Assembly (NCBI GenBank): GCA_963814125.1
Contig: CAWFBR010000004.1
Span: forward strand, 44,766 to 108,765
DNA: 64,000 nucleotides
DNA from: an uncultured Chloroflexia bacterium
Lineage (GTDB): Bacteria > Chloroflexota > Limnocylindria > Limnocylindrales > CSP1-4
Direction of reading: 5' to 3'
The position numbers and the translations under genes were made by a program. This document shows positions 1 through 10,826 of this stretch, in pieces. Each line of letters opens with the position of its first letter. Position 1 is the stretch's first letter. The notes below the pieces were generated by a model, which made no database searches, had not been told where the DNA came from, and saw only the letters and a program-made list of their open reading frames with translations.

Positions 1-333
1 ATCGAGCTGAAGCTGCTCAACCTGGGCGGCCGCCTTCACCGACGCCCCGCCCGGTGTGTAGTCGTACTGTGGCGGGACCGCCAGGACCGCAGCATCCCGC
101 GCCTGCTTTGTCTCGACCAGGTTGGGGATTGTGGCATCGCGGGGGGCCCGAATGGTCGAGGACGCGATCGCTCCGGCCGCGAGGCCGGGGTTGGTCGGGG
201 CCAGGTCGACGGCGACGCCCACACCCAGGGCCATGAGAATCAGCGCACCCGAGAGGATCAGCCTCACGGCATCGGGCCGGCCGAACAGACGCGGTCGTTC
301 GCCCGGTGGTTTCAACTGGGGATGAGCCGTCAT
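1..333 (-). CDS. 7TM-HD (PgpH/YqfF-like) membrane phosphohydrolase, N-terminal fragment running off the window start
   Basis: Own minus-strand translation from ATG 333-331 (ATGA overlap with the yqeY stop): MTAHPQLKPPGERPRLFGRPDAVRLILSGALILMALGVGVAV...STIRAPRDATIPNLVETKQARDAAVLAVPPQYDY. One TM helix, then a motif typical of 7TMR-HD N-termini. The frame is open to position 1, so it is absent from the ORF track. Its position after rpsU-yqeY fits the conserved synteny. Confidence 0.5.
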   Translation of the reverse strand, partial: MTAHPQLKPPGERPRLFGRPDAVRLILSGALILMALGVGVAVDLAPTNPGLAAGAIASSTIRAPRDATIPNLVETKQARDAAVLAVPPQYDYTPGGASVKAAAQVEQLQLD

Positions 334-791
334 GATGGTTCGGCTCGTGCCGCCAGCAGCTGAGTCACCAGTTGACTGACCTGCTTTCCGTCGGCGCGTC
401 CTCGCGTCCTGGGCGAGAGCCAGCTCATGACCTTACCCATGTCTCGGGGCGAGGTTGCGGCCGTTTCGGCGATCGCCTGCTCGACCAGTATCTTCAGCTC
501 CGACTCGCTGAGCGGCTGAGGCATGAACTCGGAGACGACCGCAATGGCGGCCTCTTCCCTGGCCACGAGATCCTCACGGCCACCGCCGCGGAAAGCCTCC
601 ACGGACTCGCGGCGGACTTTCAACTCTCTGCTCATGAGACCGATCATCTCGTCGTCGGCCAGTGCGTGCTTGCCTTCCTTCTCGGCTCGCTGAACGGCGG
701 CGAGCACCATCCTCAGGGCATCGCGGCGCGCGGCGTCATTCGACCGCATCGCGGCCTTCAGTTCCGTATCCAGTCGATCGCGGAGGGACAC
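330..791 (-). CDS. yqeY: GatB/YqeY domain protein
   Basis: ORF 330..842: LKAAMRSNDAARRDALRMVLAAVQRAEKE ... SPRDMGKVMSWL matches the YqeY family. GTG at 791 with GAGG about 10 nt upstream gives the canonical ~153 aa starting VSLRDRLDTELKAAM. ATG at 842 is the maximal start and has no SD. Confidence 0.8.
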   Translation of the reverse strand: MSLRDRLDTELKAAMRSNDAARRDALRMVLAAVQRAEKEGKHALADDEMIGLMSRELKVRRESVEAFRGGGREDLVAREEAAIAVVSEFMPQPLSESELKILVEQAIAETAATSPRDMGKVMSWLSPRTRGRADGKQVSQLVTQLLAARAEPS

Positions 792-863
792 CGGTGTGGC
801 ACCTCGGGGCGGGCGGGGCGGCTCGACGAGTCGCGCAACCATCGACGGCGTGCTGGTCGCGTC

Positions 864-1049
864 TTAGGTTACTGCCTGGCGAGCGACCTTCTTGCGCTTC
901 GCTTCCTTGCGCTTGCGCTTCACGCTCGGCTTCTCGTAGTGCTCGCGGCGACGGGCCTCGGCAAGTATGCCGCTCTGCTGGATCTTCTTATTGAACCGGC
1001 GCAGGGCACTCTCGAAGCTTTCGTTCTCACCCACACGGACTTCAGCCAA
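864..1049 (-). CDS. rpsU: 30S ribosomal protein S21
   Basis: C-terminal part of ORF 864..1892: [56 protein letters not shown] at 1049 preceded by AAGGAGGTGA gives 61 aa. An in-frame ATG at 1100 is the alternative start (78 aa). Confidence 0.85.
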   Translation of the reverse strand: MAEVRVGENESFESALRRFNKKIQQSGILAEARRREHYEKPSVKRKRKEAKRKKVARQAVT

Positions 1050-1280
1050 TCCGGAAATCACCTCCTTTGGGGCTCGTTCGCGATGACGGCGACCGGACAT
1101 GCTCCCAGGAACACACCGAACCGCCCACGAACAGGGCTCGCGGAGTGTAGCCCGATCTCGGAGCGGCTGTCTACCGGAGCGGGTGGCGGATGGCGAGGTG
1201 CCGCGCCGGGGCCGAGGGGCCGGGCGAGCCCGTTTGCGCCGCGCGGTCCGTGTCGGCGGCCGGCTGCCTATGATGCGCGC

Positions 1281-2999
1281 ATGGACCGCCTCAGCAGCCT
1301 GCTCGACATCATCGACCAGGGCGAGGCCCGCTACGCGGACCGGTTCGCCTTCGGCATTCGCAGCGACGACGGCACGACCGAACACTGGACGTACCGCGAG
1401 CTCAACCGCCGCAGCCGAATCGTTGCCTGGAGGCTCCGGGCGCTGGGCCTCGCGCCGGGGGACCGCATCCTCGTCTGGACTCCGTCCAGTCCGGCCGTGC
1501 CGGCGCTCCACTTCGGGGCCATGCGTGCCGGAGTGTCGCTCGTCCCTCTCGATCTGCGTATGTCCAGCGGCGCGATAGAGAGGATCGTTGGCAGGGCCGA
1601 CGCGCGCCGCCTCGTCCTGGGCGAGGGCCGCGACGCCCCGGACCCGGCCGACGCCCGCCTGGAGCACTTCCCCACCTCGTTTGTCGAGCGTCTCGCCGCT
1701 GAGCCGGACGGCACCTTCCCCGACGATTGGGAGGCTCGGGTCAACGGCTGGCCGCGGCCCTTGGGCGGCGACGTGGCCGAGATCATCTTCACCTCGGGCA
1801 CGACTGGTGAGCCCAAGGGGGTGGTCCTGACCCACGCCAACCTGATCGGCACCATGGACGCGGCCCACAACCTGATCCCCGAGCAGGAGCACCGCGCCGT
1901 TTCGCTCTTGCCGCTGTCACACCTGCTCGAGCAGGTGGCGCTGGTCTTCTACGCCATGACCGTGGGCGCCCACGTTCTGTACGTCCGGAGCCGCAACCCG
2001 CGGGTCATCTTCGAGGCCATCCGCGACCATCGGACCACCTCGCTGGTGCTGGTACCGCAAATCATGGCCCTCTTCTGGGCGGCGATCGAGGCGGAGGTGG
2101 CCAGGCAGGGCAAGCTCACCTCGTTCAATCGGCTCCGCCGGGTGGCGCGGCGGTTCCCCTACCCCGTTCGACGCCTGATCTTCTCCAGGGTTCACCGCCA
2201 ATTCGGCGGCTCGCTCAATCTCATCGTCTCCGCTGCCGCGTTCCTGCCACCCTCACTCCAGCAGGCGTGGGAGGACCTGGGCGTGGTAGTGATGCAGGGT
2301 TACGGCGCCACCGAGTGCGGAGTGGCCTCGGCCACCAGCCAGCGAGACCACGGCCTGGGCACGGTGGGTCGGACCATCCCTCCGGTCCGGGTGAAGCTCG
2401 CCGATGACGGCGAGGTCCTGGTCTCCGGGCCGACGCTGTTCGGCGGCTACTGGCGCGACCCGGCCACGACCACCACCTCTTTCACGGCCGACGGCTGGTA
2501 CAAGACCGGCGACATCGGGCGGCACGACGCCTCGGGGCATCTCATCCTGATGGGCCGCAAGAAGGACATCATCGTTCTGCCCAACGGCCTGAACGTCTAT
2601 CCGGAGGATGTCGAGAACGCGCTCCGGACTGCCGGCATACGCGACGCGGTGGTGGTCGAGACGGTGCCCGGCCGAATCGAGGCGGTCGTGCTGGCACCCG
2701 GCCAGCCGCTGCTTCCTCAGCCCGGCGAGGTGGCGGAGGCCACGCGACCACCGGAGATCGGCGACCCGGTGCGGGTACGGTCGCAGATCGAGGCCGCCGT
2801 CCGAACCGCGAACGCCACGCTGGCAGTCCACCAGCGCGTCGCCGCCTGGCGCCTCTGGCCGGACGCCGACTTTCCGCGAACTCACACGTTCAAGATCCAG
2901 CGGGATCGGGTCCGCGAGTGGGCGGTTATCGACGAGCCGTTGCCGGTCCGGGAAGAAGGTCCGTCCCCGGCGACCGCCGGCAAGGGCAAGCGGCGGTAG
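1281..2999 (+). CDS. AMP-dependent acyl-CoA synthetase/ligase (long-chain-fatty-acid-CoA-ligase-like)
   Basis: In-frame ATG at 1281 inside ORF 372..2999. AMP-binding motif [17 protein letters not shown], then QGYGATE and WYKTGD..GRKKD. The upstream part of the ORF is antisense to yqeY/rpsU. Confidence 0.85.
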   Translation: MDRLSSLLDIIDQGEARYADRFAFGIRSDDGTTEHWTYRELNRRSRIVAWRLRALGLAPGDRILVWTPSSPAVPALHFGAMRAGVSLVPLDLRMSSGAIERIVGRADARRLVLGEGRDAPDPADARLEHFPTSFVERLAAEPDGTFPDDWEARVNGWPRPLGGDVAEIIFTSGTTGEPKGVVLTHANLIGTMDAAHNLIPEQEHRAVSLLPLSHLLEQVALVFYAMTVGAHVLYVRSRNPRVIFEAIRDHRTTSLVLVPQIMALFWAAIEAEVARQGKLTSFNRLRRVARRFPYPVRRLIFSRVHRQFGGSLNLIVSAAAFLPPSLQQAWEDLGVVVMQGYGATECGVASATSQRDHGLGTVGRTIPPVRVKLADDGEVLVSGPTLFGGYWRDPATTTTSFTADGWYKTGDIGRHDASGHLILMGRKKDIIVLPNGLNVYPEDVENALRTAGIRDAVVVETVPGRIEAVVLAPGQPLLPQPGEVAEATRPPEIGDPVRVRSQIEAAVRTANATLAVHQRVAAWRLWPDADFPRTHTFKIQRDRVREWAVIDEPLPVREEGPSPATAGKGKRR

Positions 3000-3031
3000 C
3001 GGCGCCAGGGCGTGCGCCGGCGGGCGACCGA

Positions 3032-3379
3032 TCAGCCTGGAGGCCAGGCCATAGGGCGGCCGCCGAGCAGGTGGACGTGGAGGTGGTCGACGGTCTGGCC
3101 GCCGTTGCGACCGACGTTGACGACGAGCCGGTAGCCACCCTGCGCGATCCCCTCGCGCGTCGCCAGCTCGTTGGCAACGGCGCAGATCTGGCCCATCAGA
3201 TCCTCGTCTTCCGGTCCGATCTCGCGCACCGAAGAGATGTGCTCGCGGGACAGCAGGAGGATGTGCGTCGGAGCTTGGGGCGAGATGTCGCGAATGGCCA
3301 CGACCAATTCATCGGCGTGGACTTGGGCTGCCGGCACCTCGCCGGAGACGATGCGGCAGAACAGGCAGTCGGACGGCAT
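3032..3379 (-). CDS. HIT (histidine triad) family nucleotide hydrolase
   Basis: 115 aa: CLFCRIVSGEVPA ... GGQTVDHLHVHLLGG (HxHxHxx triad). Confidence 0.9.
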   Translation of the reverse strand: MPSDCLFCRIVSGEVPAAQVHADELVVAIRDISPQAPTHILLLSREHISSVREIGPEDEDLMGQICAVANELATREGIAQGGYRLVVNVGRNGGQTVDHLHVHLLGGRPMAWPPG

Positions 3380-3433
3380 GGCGCGCTCCCTGACGGTCCG
3401 GACTCGGACGATTCTGGTGGCCTGTCGATCTTC

Positions 3434-4891
3434 CTACTTGGGCGCCGGCTCCGCCAGGGGTACGCCCCGGGAATTCGGCCGGGCCGCCGCCGGTTGGGGC
3501 GGAACGATGGCCAGCAACCGCCCGACTATCCGGTCCGAGGCGGCCGAGTCGATCGACTCCGCCCGAACCAGGCCGACGACATTCTCCAGCGAGGAGCCGC
3601 CCGTCGCGACCGCCTCGACCAGGACGTGGTTCTCCGCGTGGCCGAGCCATTGCCCGTCTGGAAGCTGCCGCTCGAATAGGACGCCGAGCTCCCCGCCGAG
3701 CTGCCGCGCGGCGAAGCGCGTCCGAGCCTGCGCGGCCATCGCCAACGCCTCGGCCGCGCGCCGCTTCTTCGTCCGTCCGTCGACATGCCCGACCATCCGC
3801 GCCGCCGCCGTCCCCGGCCGCACCGAGTAGCGGAAGACGTGGATCCCCGCCAGATCGAGGCTCCGCAAGAACGCCGCGGTCCGGGCCCAGGCGGCATCGT
3901 CTTCGCCAGGGAAGCCCACGATCAGATCCGCGTGAACGGCGACTCCGGGGATCGCATGCCGGACGCGCCCAAGCAGGTCCCGATAGTACCCGGCGTCATA
4001 GCGGCGGCCCATGCGCCGCAGGATCGTGTCGTCGCCCGACTGCAACGGGATGTGGAAGTGAGGCAGGCAGCGTCCCCCGGAGCCCTTCCAGACCTCGAGC
4101 AGATCGTCGCTGATGTGCTGAGGTTCGATCGAGCTGAGCCGGATCCGCTCCACCTCCGTTTCGGACAGGACGCGCCGCACCAGGCCCGCCAGGCCCGGTT
4201 CCGAGCCGGCGGTCGCCGTCGAATCTTCCCGGTCGGTCGCATACGTTCCGGCGTTGATCCCGGTCAGGACGACCTCTCGGTGCCCAGCCGAGATAGCTCG
4301 GCGAACCTCGGCAAGCACCGTTTCGGCCGGCACCGACCGCTCCGGCCCGCGAGCCCTGGGGATGATGCAATAGGTGCAGTGGAAGGAGCAGCCGTCCTGG
4401 ATTTTGATGAAGACGCGCGTCCGATCGATCTCCCGCCCGGAGGCATTCTCGACCGACCGGCTCGACACGACAGCAGGCTCGACGCCTGAAAGGCTCGGCA
4501 GCTCGGCTCCTTCGGGGATGTCGAGCAATGCCGCCAGTTCGGTCAGCATCGCGTCCTTCGATTCGTTGTCGAAGAGGAGCGCCGCGGGATCGGCCACGGC
4601 CAACGACTCTGGATCGACTGCGACCGAACAGCCCGTCACCAGCACCAGCGCGCCGGGGCTCGTGCGCCTGGCCCGCCGGACAGCTTGCCGAGACTTCTGG
4701 TCGGCGATCGAAGTCACGGTGCAGGTGTTGACGACGACCAGGTCCGCGACCTCGTGAGCATCCACCAGCTCGACGCCGCGGGCCCGCAGTAGCCGCTCCA
4801 CGGCGTCCATCTCGGCCTGGTTGACCTTGCAGCCGAGGTTGGTGACAGTGGCGCGCCGGAAGTGGCCTGAGACGGCAGGGTTGAGATCCAC
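3434..4891 (-). CDS. mtaB: tRNA methylthiotransferase MtaB (radical SAM, MiaB-like)
   Basis: 485 aa, GTG start. UPF0004 N-domain TNLGCKVNQAEMD..VVNTCTVT, radical-SAM CSFHCTYCIIP, TRAM-like C-terminus. Sits at the syntenic yqeV position. Confidence 0.85.
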   Translation of the reverse strand: MDLNPAVSGHFRRATVTNLGCKVNQAEMDAVERLLRARGVELVDAHEVADLVVVNTCTVTSIADQKSRQAVRRARRTSPGALVLVTGCSVAVDPESLAVADPAALLFDNESKDAMLTELAALLDIPEGAELPSLSGVEPAVVSSRSVENASGREIDRTRVFIKIQDGCSFHCTYCIIPRARGPERSVPAETVLAEVRRAISAGHREVVLTGINAGTYATDREDSTATAGSEPGLAGLVRRVLSETEVERIRLSSIEPQHISDDLLEVWKGSGGRCLPHFHIPLQSGDDTILRRMGRRYDAGYYRDLLGRVRHAIPGVAVHADLIVGFPGEDDAAWARTAAFLRSLDLAGIHVFRYSVRPGTAAARMVGHVDGRTKKRRAAEALAMAAQARTRFAARQLGGELGVLFERQLPDGQWLGHAENHVLVEAVATGGSSLENVVGLVRAESIDSAASDRIVGRLLAIVPPQPAAARPNSRGVPLAEPAPK

Positions 4892-5010
4892 GGCCAGATC
4901 GTACGCCCGCCGGCTTGCCGCCGTGCCGGCGAAGACTGAACGGTTGCCGGCCCGCGGCTATCAGGTAAGTGTGCGTCAGGGCCTTCTTCGCACGTCGATG
5001 CGGGAGCACA

Positions 5011-5610
5011 ATGACGATCGTGGGGATCGAGGTAGCCGGAGCCGGAGAGGATTCCGTCCGAGAGCTGCTGCTCGGGCGGCTGGCAGGCGCCTACCGGCTC
5101 GCGACCTGCATCCTTCGAGATCCCGAGGCGGCCGAAGACGCGGTCCAGGAGGCCGCACTTCGGGCATGGACCAGCCGGCGTGAGCTGCGGGATCCGGCGA
5201 GGGCCGAAGCCTGGTTCGCCCGAATCGTCGTCAACGTTTGCCGGGCCGAGCTGGGACGCCGATCACGGAGCCCAATCGCAATCCAGATAGAGCCGTCCTC
5301 AGGCCCAGACGATTCCCAGGCACTTCGCGACGAGGTGAGCCACGCGCTTGGGCGGCTTACTCCGGATGAACAGGTGGTCGTAGCCATGCGCTTCGGGCGC
5401 GATCTGACAGTCCCGCAGATCGCCGCCCAAACCGGCCTGCGCGAGGGAACCGTCAAGTCGCGACTCCATAACGCACACTGCACCTGCGGGCCGCATTCGA
5501 TGCTGAGCGGCGGGCCGAGGAGATTGGGCGATGAGCGATCCCGTCGAAGAGCGACTGCGCTCGTTCTACCGGGCCATCCAGGGCGACCCGCCGGTCCGCC
5601 TCGAGACTAA
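5011..5610 (+). CDS. ECF-type RNA polymerase sigma factor (C-terminal tail possibly frameshifted)
   Basis: ATG 5011 preceded by GGGAG. Region 2: DAVQEAALRAW, FARIVVNVCRAE. Region 4 HTH: LTPDEQVVVAMRFGRDLTVPQIAAQTGLREGTVKSRLH. After SRLHNA a second frame reads RTLHLRAAFDAERRAEEIGR* and ends in an ATGA overlap with the next gene (5531-5534). Confidence 0.8.
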   Translation: MTIVGIEVAGAGEDSVRELLLGRLAGAYRLATCILRDPEAAEDAVQEAALRAWTSRRELRDPARAEAWFARIVVNVCRAELGRRSRSPIAIQIEPSSGPDDSQALRDEVSHALGRLTPDEQVVVAMRFGRDLTVPQIAAQTGLREGTVKSRLHNAHCTCGPHSMLSGGPRRLGDERSRRRATALVLPGHPGRPAGPPRD

Positions 5611-6895
5611 GGTGGCTAGGGCCATGGATGCGACGCCCGCGTTGCACCGGATCTGGTCTCCTGTCCGTGCCGCCTCAGGATTGGCGGTGACGGCAGCCCT
5701 CCTCATCGTGATCGTCGTTCTGGTGCAGGGCCTGGGGTCGGGACCGGTTTCTTCCCCTTCCGCGCCGATCGGCCCATCGACCTCACCGAGCGCGACGGCC
5801 ACTTCGATGCCAACCAAACCGCCAACGGCCACGCCGGGCGTCACTGCACTCCCCGAGCCGACTCCCAGCCCGTCGCCCGAGCCATCCCCGACGGCGCCTC
5901 CGGTTGGCAGCCTGCAAGACACTGGCGCGATGGCGCCACCACTGAGCCAGCCCACTGCTGTGCGGCTCGCCGATGGGCGGGTGCTGATCACCGGCGGACG
6001 CGAGAAACGACCCAACGGCATCACGTTGCTTCGCAGCCAGACGGCTGAGATCTACGAGGCGGCCTCCGGCAAGTTCACGCCGACCGGATCGATGGCCGAC
6101 GCGCGCGCCGGCCACACCGCCACGCTCCTCAACGACGGCCGAGTCCTGATCGTCGGCAGCATCGATGCGAGCGACGGGTTCGACAATCTGGCCACCGCCG
6201 AGCTCTACGACCCGGCGACGGGCAAGTTCACCCGGACCGGCTCGCTGGCGCAGGGCCGCGCCCACCATACGGCCACGCTCCTGAATGACGGCCGCGTACT
6301 GATCGCCGGCGGGTACGGAGGCGGCACGCTGTCGCTGAGTTCCGCCGAGATCTTCGATCCGTCCACGGGCAAGTTCACGACTACGGGCTCGATGACGACG
6401 GCTCGCCGTGATGCGACGGCCACTCTGCTTACGACCGGCTTGGTGCTTGTCGCCGGCGGCCTGAATACGGACGCGAACGGGGCCCGTGCGTCGGCCGAGT
6501 TGTACGACCCCGCTACCGGCAAGTTCACCGCCACCGGCTCGATGGCGACGGCTCGGTTCGACTTTGGGGCCATGGGGCTAGAAGACGGCCGCGTTCTGGT
6601 GGCCGGCGGCCTCGACAGCGCTCTCAAGCCGCTCACGTCGGCCGAGTTCTACGACCCGGGCACCGGCAAGTTCAGCCCGGCCGGGTCGACGACGGCCGGC
6701 GGCGCGTCGACGGCAGTGTGGCTCAAGGATGCGCGCGTCCTGTTCGTCTCGAGCGGCGGCGTGTCTCTCTACGACCCGGCCAGCGACACGTTCAGTCCCG
6801 TCGGCACGCCGGCAGCTTCGGTCGACACGGCAACGCTGACCGACCGAAACGTGCTGCTTACCGAGGGCGGCCCGGCGCAGGTGTACCAGCCGTAG
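5531..6895 (+). CDS. Putative membrane-spanning anti-sigma factor with an extracytoplasmic 7-bladed Kelch beta-propeller
   Basis: 454 aa. Short cytoplasmic N-terminus, TM helix LAVTAALLIVIVVLV, Pro/Ser/Thr linker, then about 7 repeats of E[LI]YDPxTGKFTxTGSMxxARxxHTATLLxDGRVLxAGG. Located immediately downstream of the ECF sigma gene. Confidence 0.7.
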   Translation: MSDPVEERLRSFYRAIQGDPPVRLETKVARAMDATPALHRIWSPVRAASGLAVTAALLIVIVVLVQGLGSGPVSSPSAPIGPSTSPSATATSMPTKPPTATPGVTALPEPTPSPSPEPSPTAPPVGSLQDTGAMAPPLSQPTAVRLADGRVLITGGREKRPNGITLLRSQTAEIYEAASGKFTPTGSMADARAGHTATLLNDGRVLIVGSIDASDGFDNLATAELYDPATGKFTRTGSLAQGRAHHTATLLNDGRVLIAGGYGGGTLSLSSAEIFDPSTGKFTTTGSMTTARRDATATLLTTGLVLVAGGLNTDANGARASAELYDPATGKFTATGSMATARFDFGAMGLEDGRVLVAGGLDSALKPLTSAEFYDPGTGKFSPAGSTTAGGASTAVWLKDARVLFVSSGGVSLYDPASDTFSPVGTPAASVDTATLTDRNVLLTEGGPAQVYQP

Positions 6896-6935
6896 CGCGG
6901 CGGCAGGGCCTTGGCCGCGCCGCGCCGCGCCTCGA

Positions 6936-8000
6936 CTACGCCCGAACCGCCTCCAGGGCGACCCAGTCTTCCTCTGCCCAGCGCCGGCCGAGCTTGAGGC
7001 CGGCGGCATCGAACGCGGCCAGAACGTCGCCCTCGCGGTCTCGGAAGATTCCCGACGCAAGCAGTCGACCGCCGGGCACCACCTCGTCGCGGAGCAGGCC
7101 GGCCAGCTGGACCAGCAACGAGGCGATGAGGTTGGCGAGAACGATGTCGAAGGGCCCCTCGCCGGTGGGAAGGCTGCCCTGGCGGACGCGGATGCGGCGG
7201 GTCAGGCCGTTGCGACGGGCGTTGGCGAGCGTCGACTCCACGGCGATCGGGTCGGTGTCCACTCCCAGCAGCTCTCCGGCCCCGAGCTTCCCGGCGGCGA
7301 TGGCGAGAATCCCGGAGCCGCAGCCCACGTCGAGGACACGGCCGGCACTACGGCCGGCGCTATGCGCGGCGCTGCGGCCGGCGGCGACGCCACTCCCCAG
7401 CAGTCCCTCGTCGGCGAGCGTCTCGAGTGCCGCAAGGCACAGCCGCGTGGTTGGATGAAGCCCAGTCCCGAAGGCCATGCCCGGATCGAGGGACAGGACC
7501 ACGTCGTCCGGCCGGCGGCGGTGGCGGCGCCATGTCGGCCGGATGACGATCCGCCGCCCCACCCGCAGCACCGGGAAGTAGCTCTTCCACGCCTCGGCCC
7601 AATCGTCTTCGTGCACGAGGCGGGTCTGCAGCTCGCCGATCGGCCGCAGGCCGAACGCCTGAAGGTGGCCCAGGGCCGTGGTCGCTTCCGCGATCGCGGC
7701 CTCGACGCCCGCCGGATCTATCCCCGGCAGATAGGCTCGCACGATCGCCGGCTTGGCCGGATCCACGACCGCGCCAAGGCCTTCGTCGGTCAGGCCAAAG
7801 CCCGGCTGCACGCTGGTCCCGCCGGGGGCGAAGCGGGTCAGGATCTCGCTGACGACCTCGACGGCCTCGATGTCGGCGGTAACCGAGAGTTCGACCCAAA
7901 CCCCCGGGCCAAGCGCTTGGGGTTCTACGCTGGAGTCGAGCCGCGACGAAGCCCCGGCCTCGGCCGCGCCCTCGGCTCCGGGTTCTCTATCCGAGGGCAT
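6936..8000 (-). CDS. prmA: Ribosomal protein L11 methyltransferase
   Basis: 354 aa: [47 protein letters not shown] motif [15 protein letters not shown]. Follows dnaJ as in the conserved operon. Confidence 0.85.
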   Translation of the reverse strand: MPSDREPGAEGAAEAGASSRLDSSVEPQALGPGVWVELSVTADIEAVEVVSEILTRFAPGGTSVQPGFGLTDEGLGAVVDPAKPAIVRAYLPGIDPAGVEAAIAEATTALGHLQAFGLRPIGELQTRLVHEDDWAEAWKSYFPVLRVGRRIVIRPTWRRHRRRPDDVVLSLDPGMAFGTGLHPTTRLCLAALETLADEGLLGSGVAAGRSAAHSAGRSAGRVLDVGCGSGILAIAAGKLGAGELLGVDTDPIAVESTLANARRNGLTRRIRVRQGSLPTGEGPFDIVLANLIASLLVQLAGLLRDEVVPGGRLLASGIFRDREGDVLAAFDAAGLKLGRRWAEEDWVALEAVRA

Positions 8001-9108
8001 CCTTCACCCGGTCGAGGATTCCGCCGGGCAGGACCGGCTCGCCCAATTCCGCGGCAAGCTCCTCGAGCAGCTGGCGCTGCTTTTTGGACAGCTTGGTCGG
8101 CACGTTCACCCGGACCATGACGTGGAGATCCCCCCGACTTCCCGGCCTCCGGATGTGCGGGACGCCGCGCCCGCGAAGCCGGATCTCGGTCCCGGGCTGC
8201 GTTCCCGGGCGGACCTCTATCTCCTCCTCGCCCTCGATTGTCGGAATCTTGATCCGGGTCCCGAGCGCCGCCTGGGCGATCGAGAGCGGCAGCTCGTGGT
8301 AGATCTCGCTGCCATCGCGCCGCAGGGCGGGATGGGGCGTGACGTGGACGGCCACGTACAGGTTGCCGGCCGGACCGCCTCGCGGCCCCGCCTCGCCCTC
8401 GCCCGACAGCCTTATCTGGTGGCCTTCGTCGATGCCGGCCGGGATGGGGACCCGAATCTTCTTGTGGCGTGCCGCGCGGCCTTCCCCGCGGCACGTCTTG
8501 CAGGGCGTGTCGACGATCTTGCCGTCCCCGTGGCAACGGGTGCATGCGGTGACGCTGACCATCTGCCCGAGCATGGTCTGGCGAACGCTTCGAATCTCCC
8601 CGCGGCCGCCGCACGTGGCGCAGGGGGACGGAGCGCTGCCCAGCGCCGCTCCGCTGCCGCCGCAGGTCTCACAGCGATCCAGCAGCTCGAATTCAATCCC
8701 CTTCTCGGTGCCTCGCACGGCCTCGTCGAAGGTGATGCGGAGGTCGTAGCGCAGGTCCGTCCCGGCAGGCCGCCGGCCCCGGCGGCCTGCCGCCGGCCCG
8801 CCCATCCCCGAGAAGAACGCGTCGAAGAGATCACCGAATCCGGGGAAGCCCTCGCCGAAGGGCGAACTCGACCCACCCATGTCACCGAGACCTGCCTTGC
8901 CGACCACGTCGTAGATCTGGCGGCGCTGTGGATCGGAGAGGACCTGGTAGGCCTCGTTGATCTCTTTGAATCGCTCGGCGGCGGCGGGCTCGGCACTGAC
9001 GTCGGGATGCCACTTCTGCGCCAGCTTGCGGAAGGCGCGCTTGACCTCGGCGTCGGAGGCGCTTCGCTCGACGCCGAGGATCTCGTAGTAGGAACGCTCG
9101 GTGGCCAT
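7987..9108 (-). CDS. dnaJ: Molecular chaperone DnaJ
   Basis: In-frame ATG at 9108 within ORF 7987..10518. J domain YYEILGV..HPD, G/F region, four CxxCxGxG zinc motifs ([32 protein letters not shown]). Confidence 0.95.
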   Translation of the reverse strand: MATERSYYEILGVERSASDAEVKRAFRKLAQKWHPDVSAEPAAAERFKEINEAYQVLSDPQRRQIYDVVGKAGLGDMGGSSSPFGEGFPGFGDLFDAFFSGMGGPAAGRRGRRPAGTDLRYDLRITFDEAVRGTEKGIEFELLDRCETCGGSGAALGSAPSPCATCGGRGEIRSVRQTMLGQMVSVTACTRCHGDGKIVDTPCKTCRGEGRAARHKKIRVPIPAGIDEGHQIRLSGEGEAGPRGGPAGNLYVAVHVTPHPALRRDGSEIYHELPLSIAQAALGTRIKIPTIEGEEEIEVRPGTQPGTEIRLRGRGVPHIRRPGSRGDLHVMVRVNVPTKLSKKQRQLLEELAAELGEPVLPGGILDRVKDALG

Positions 9109-9200
9109 CTGGTCGAGAAGGATACGAGACGAGCGGCCGGAGCGGCGTCCGGGGTCGACCTCGATCCGTCGCCGCTTCGGCTGTGAAGCTCCGGGCGACC

Positions 9201-10010
9201 CTAAGACGACAGCAGCTTCTCGAGGCGGCGCGAGGCGATCGCCAGCCCGATGAGCCCCATGGCGACCAGATAGACAATGTCGAGGACCAGCAGACCATCC
9301 GGGGTGCCCGTCGTGAGAGCCCGGATCAAGTGCACGCCGCGGTAGAGAGGTGTCGCCTGGATGACCAGCTGCAGCTCCGCCGGATACGCGGCGATGGGAT
9401 AGAAGGTGCCGGAGAAGAGGAACATCGGCATGATCGCGAGCTGCAAGTAGTCGAAGTCCTGCCAGCGGCGGACGAAGGTCGTGGCCGCCATGCCGGCTCC
9501 GGCGAAACCGAAACCGACCACCATCGCCGCCGGGAAGGCCAGCAAACCCAGAGGCGAGCTGAGCAGTCCGAGGCCGGCCAGGCCGAGTACCGCGATGACC
9601 ACCAGGAACCCGATGGCGTACAGGCTGCCGCGGAGCAGCGCCCACACGATCTCGCCCACGGCGACGTCGCCGAGAGACATCGGCGTGGCAATGACGGCGT
9701 CGTAGAGCTTCGCGTACTTGAGCTTGTAGAAGAAGTTGTGCGACGTCTCGTAGATGGCACCGTTCATGGCCGACGACGCGAGCAGCGCGGGCGCTACGAA
9801 GACCGCATACGAAACGCCTCGACCGTTGTCGAGCGGGACGTCTCCAATCAGGGCGCCAACCCCGAAGCCCATCGAGAACAGGTAGAAGAGCGGCTCGAAG
9901 AACCCCGAGAAGATGACCAGGAAGGTCCGCCGATAGACCAGCAGGTTCCGCTCGACGAGGCGGGCAGGGCGGGTCGAGACGAGCGATCGAGAGACGCCGA
10001 GTACGGCCAT
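9201..10010 (-). CDS. ABC-2 type transporter permease
   Basis: 269 aa, six predicted TM helices; [14 protein letters not shown] and [12 protein letters not shown] are typical of the ABC-2/NodJ/DrrB family. Confidence 0.8.
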   Translation of the reverse strand: MAVLGVSRSLVSTRPARLVERNLLVYRRTFLVIFSGFFEPLFYLFSMGFGVGALIGDVPLDNGRGVSYAVFVAPALLASSAMNGAIYETSHNFFYKLKYAKLYDAVIATPMSLGDVAVGEIVWALLRGSLYAIGFLVVIAVLGLAGLGLLSSPLGLLAFPAAMVVGFGFAGAGMAATTFVRRWQDFDYLQLAIMPMFLFSGTFYPIAAYPAELQLVIQATPLYRGVHLIRALTTGTPDGLLVLDIVYLVAMGLIGLAIASRRLEKLLSS

Positions 10011-10826
10011 CTAGTCCTCCAGCCTGCGCCTGAAGGTGATCCGGCCTGCCACCACGCCGACCACGGCAAACGCCACCAGGGCCCCCAGGTGAACGAGCCA
10101 GGGCAGGGGTTCGACCTGGCCGAGCGAAAGCGATCGGGCGACCGCGACCCCGTGGTAGAGCGGCGTCGCCCACGCCAGCGGCTGGAGGAAGAGGGGCAGC
10201 TGCTCGATCGGGAAGAAGGTGCCGGAGAAGAGGAAGAGCGGGGTGATTCCGAATCGAAACAGGGCGTTGAAGCCGCCGTCGCTTCGCTGCGTGGCCGTGA
10301 ACGCCATGATCGGCGCCGCGAAGGCGATCGCCGTCAGTACCGCCACCGGAACCGCCAGCACGACCATGGGAGTGGACGCCGCCCCGAGCAGGACGATGAC
10401 CGCGAGGAAGAGCGCCGACAGAAGAGAGGCGCGGAAGGCAATCCACATGAGGTCGCCCATCAGGAGGTCCATCGCGCCCAGGGGCGTGTTGAGCGCGGCG
10501 AGGTAGGTCTTGTCCCACATGATTTTGGACATGATCGGCCAGGCCGATTCGAAGGCGGCCGCCATCATCGCCTGGGTTACGAGCAAGGCCGGAGCGATGT
10601 AGTTCAGGTACGGAACCCCGCCTGGGAGCCCGCCGTTGCGATTCACGTACAGACCCAGACCGATCCCCATCGCGACCAGGTACAGGAATGGCTGGGCGAG
10701 ACCCGAAAGCAGATAGCTGTGCCAGCCCCGCCGGAAGACCAGCAGGTCGTGCTCGAGCACACGCATGGAGCGCCGCGAGAAGCCGGCCACGGGACGGCCC
10801 AGACCGACGGCGAGCGAGGTCATCAC
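10011..10826 (-). CDS. ABC-2 type transporter permease (paralogue)
   Basis: 271 aa, same architecture ([26 protein letters not shown]). Abuts the downstream permease and overlaps the ATPase gene by 4 nt. Confidence 0.8.
   Translation of the reverse strand: MMTSLAVGLGRPVAGFSRRSMRVLEHDLLVFRRGWHSYLLSGLAQPFLYLVAMGIGLGLYVNRNGGLPGGVPYLNYIAPALLVTQAMMAAAFESAWPIMSKIMWDKTYLAALNTPLGAMDLLMGDLMWIAFRASLLSALFLAVIVLLGAASTPMVVLAVPVAVLTAIAFAAPIMAFTATQRSDGGFNALFRFGITPLFLFSGTFFPIEQLPLFLQPLAWATPLYHGVAVARSLSLGQVEPLPWLVHLGALVAFAVVGVVAGRITFRRRLED

Noticed and set aside
372-1280. N-terminal 303 codons of the 875-aa ORF 372..2999
   Set aside because: This part is antisense to the well-supported yqeY and rpsU genes and has Arg/Gly/Leu-rich shadow composition. 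The ligase homology only begins at ATG 1281.
9109-10518. Upstream 470 codons of the 843-aa ORF containing dnaJ
   Set aside because: It overlaps both ABC-2 permease genes in another frame with Arg/Pro/Gly-rich junk. The canonical J domain starts at ATG 9108.
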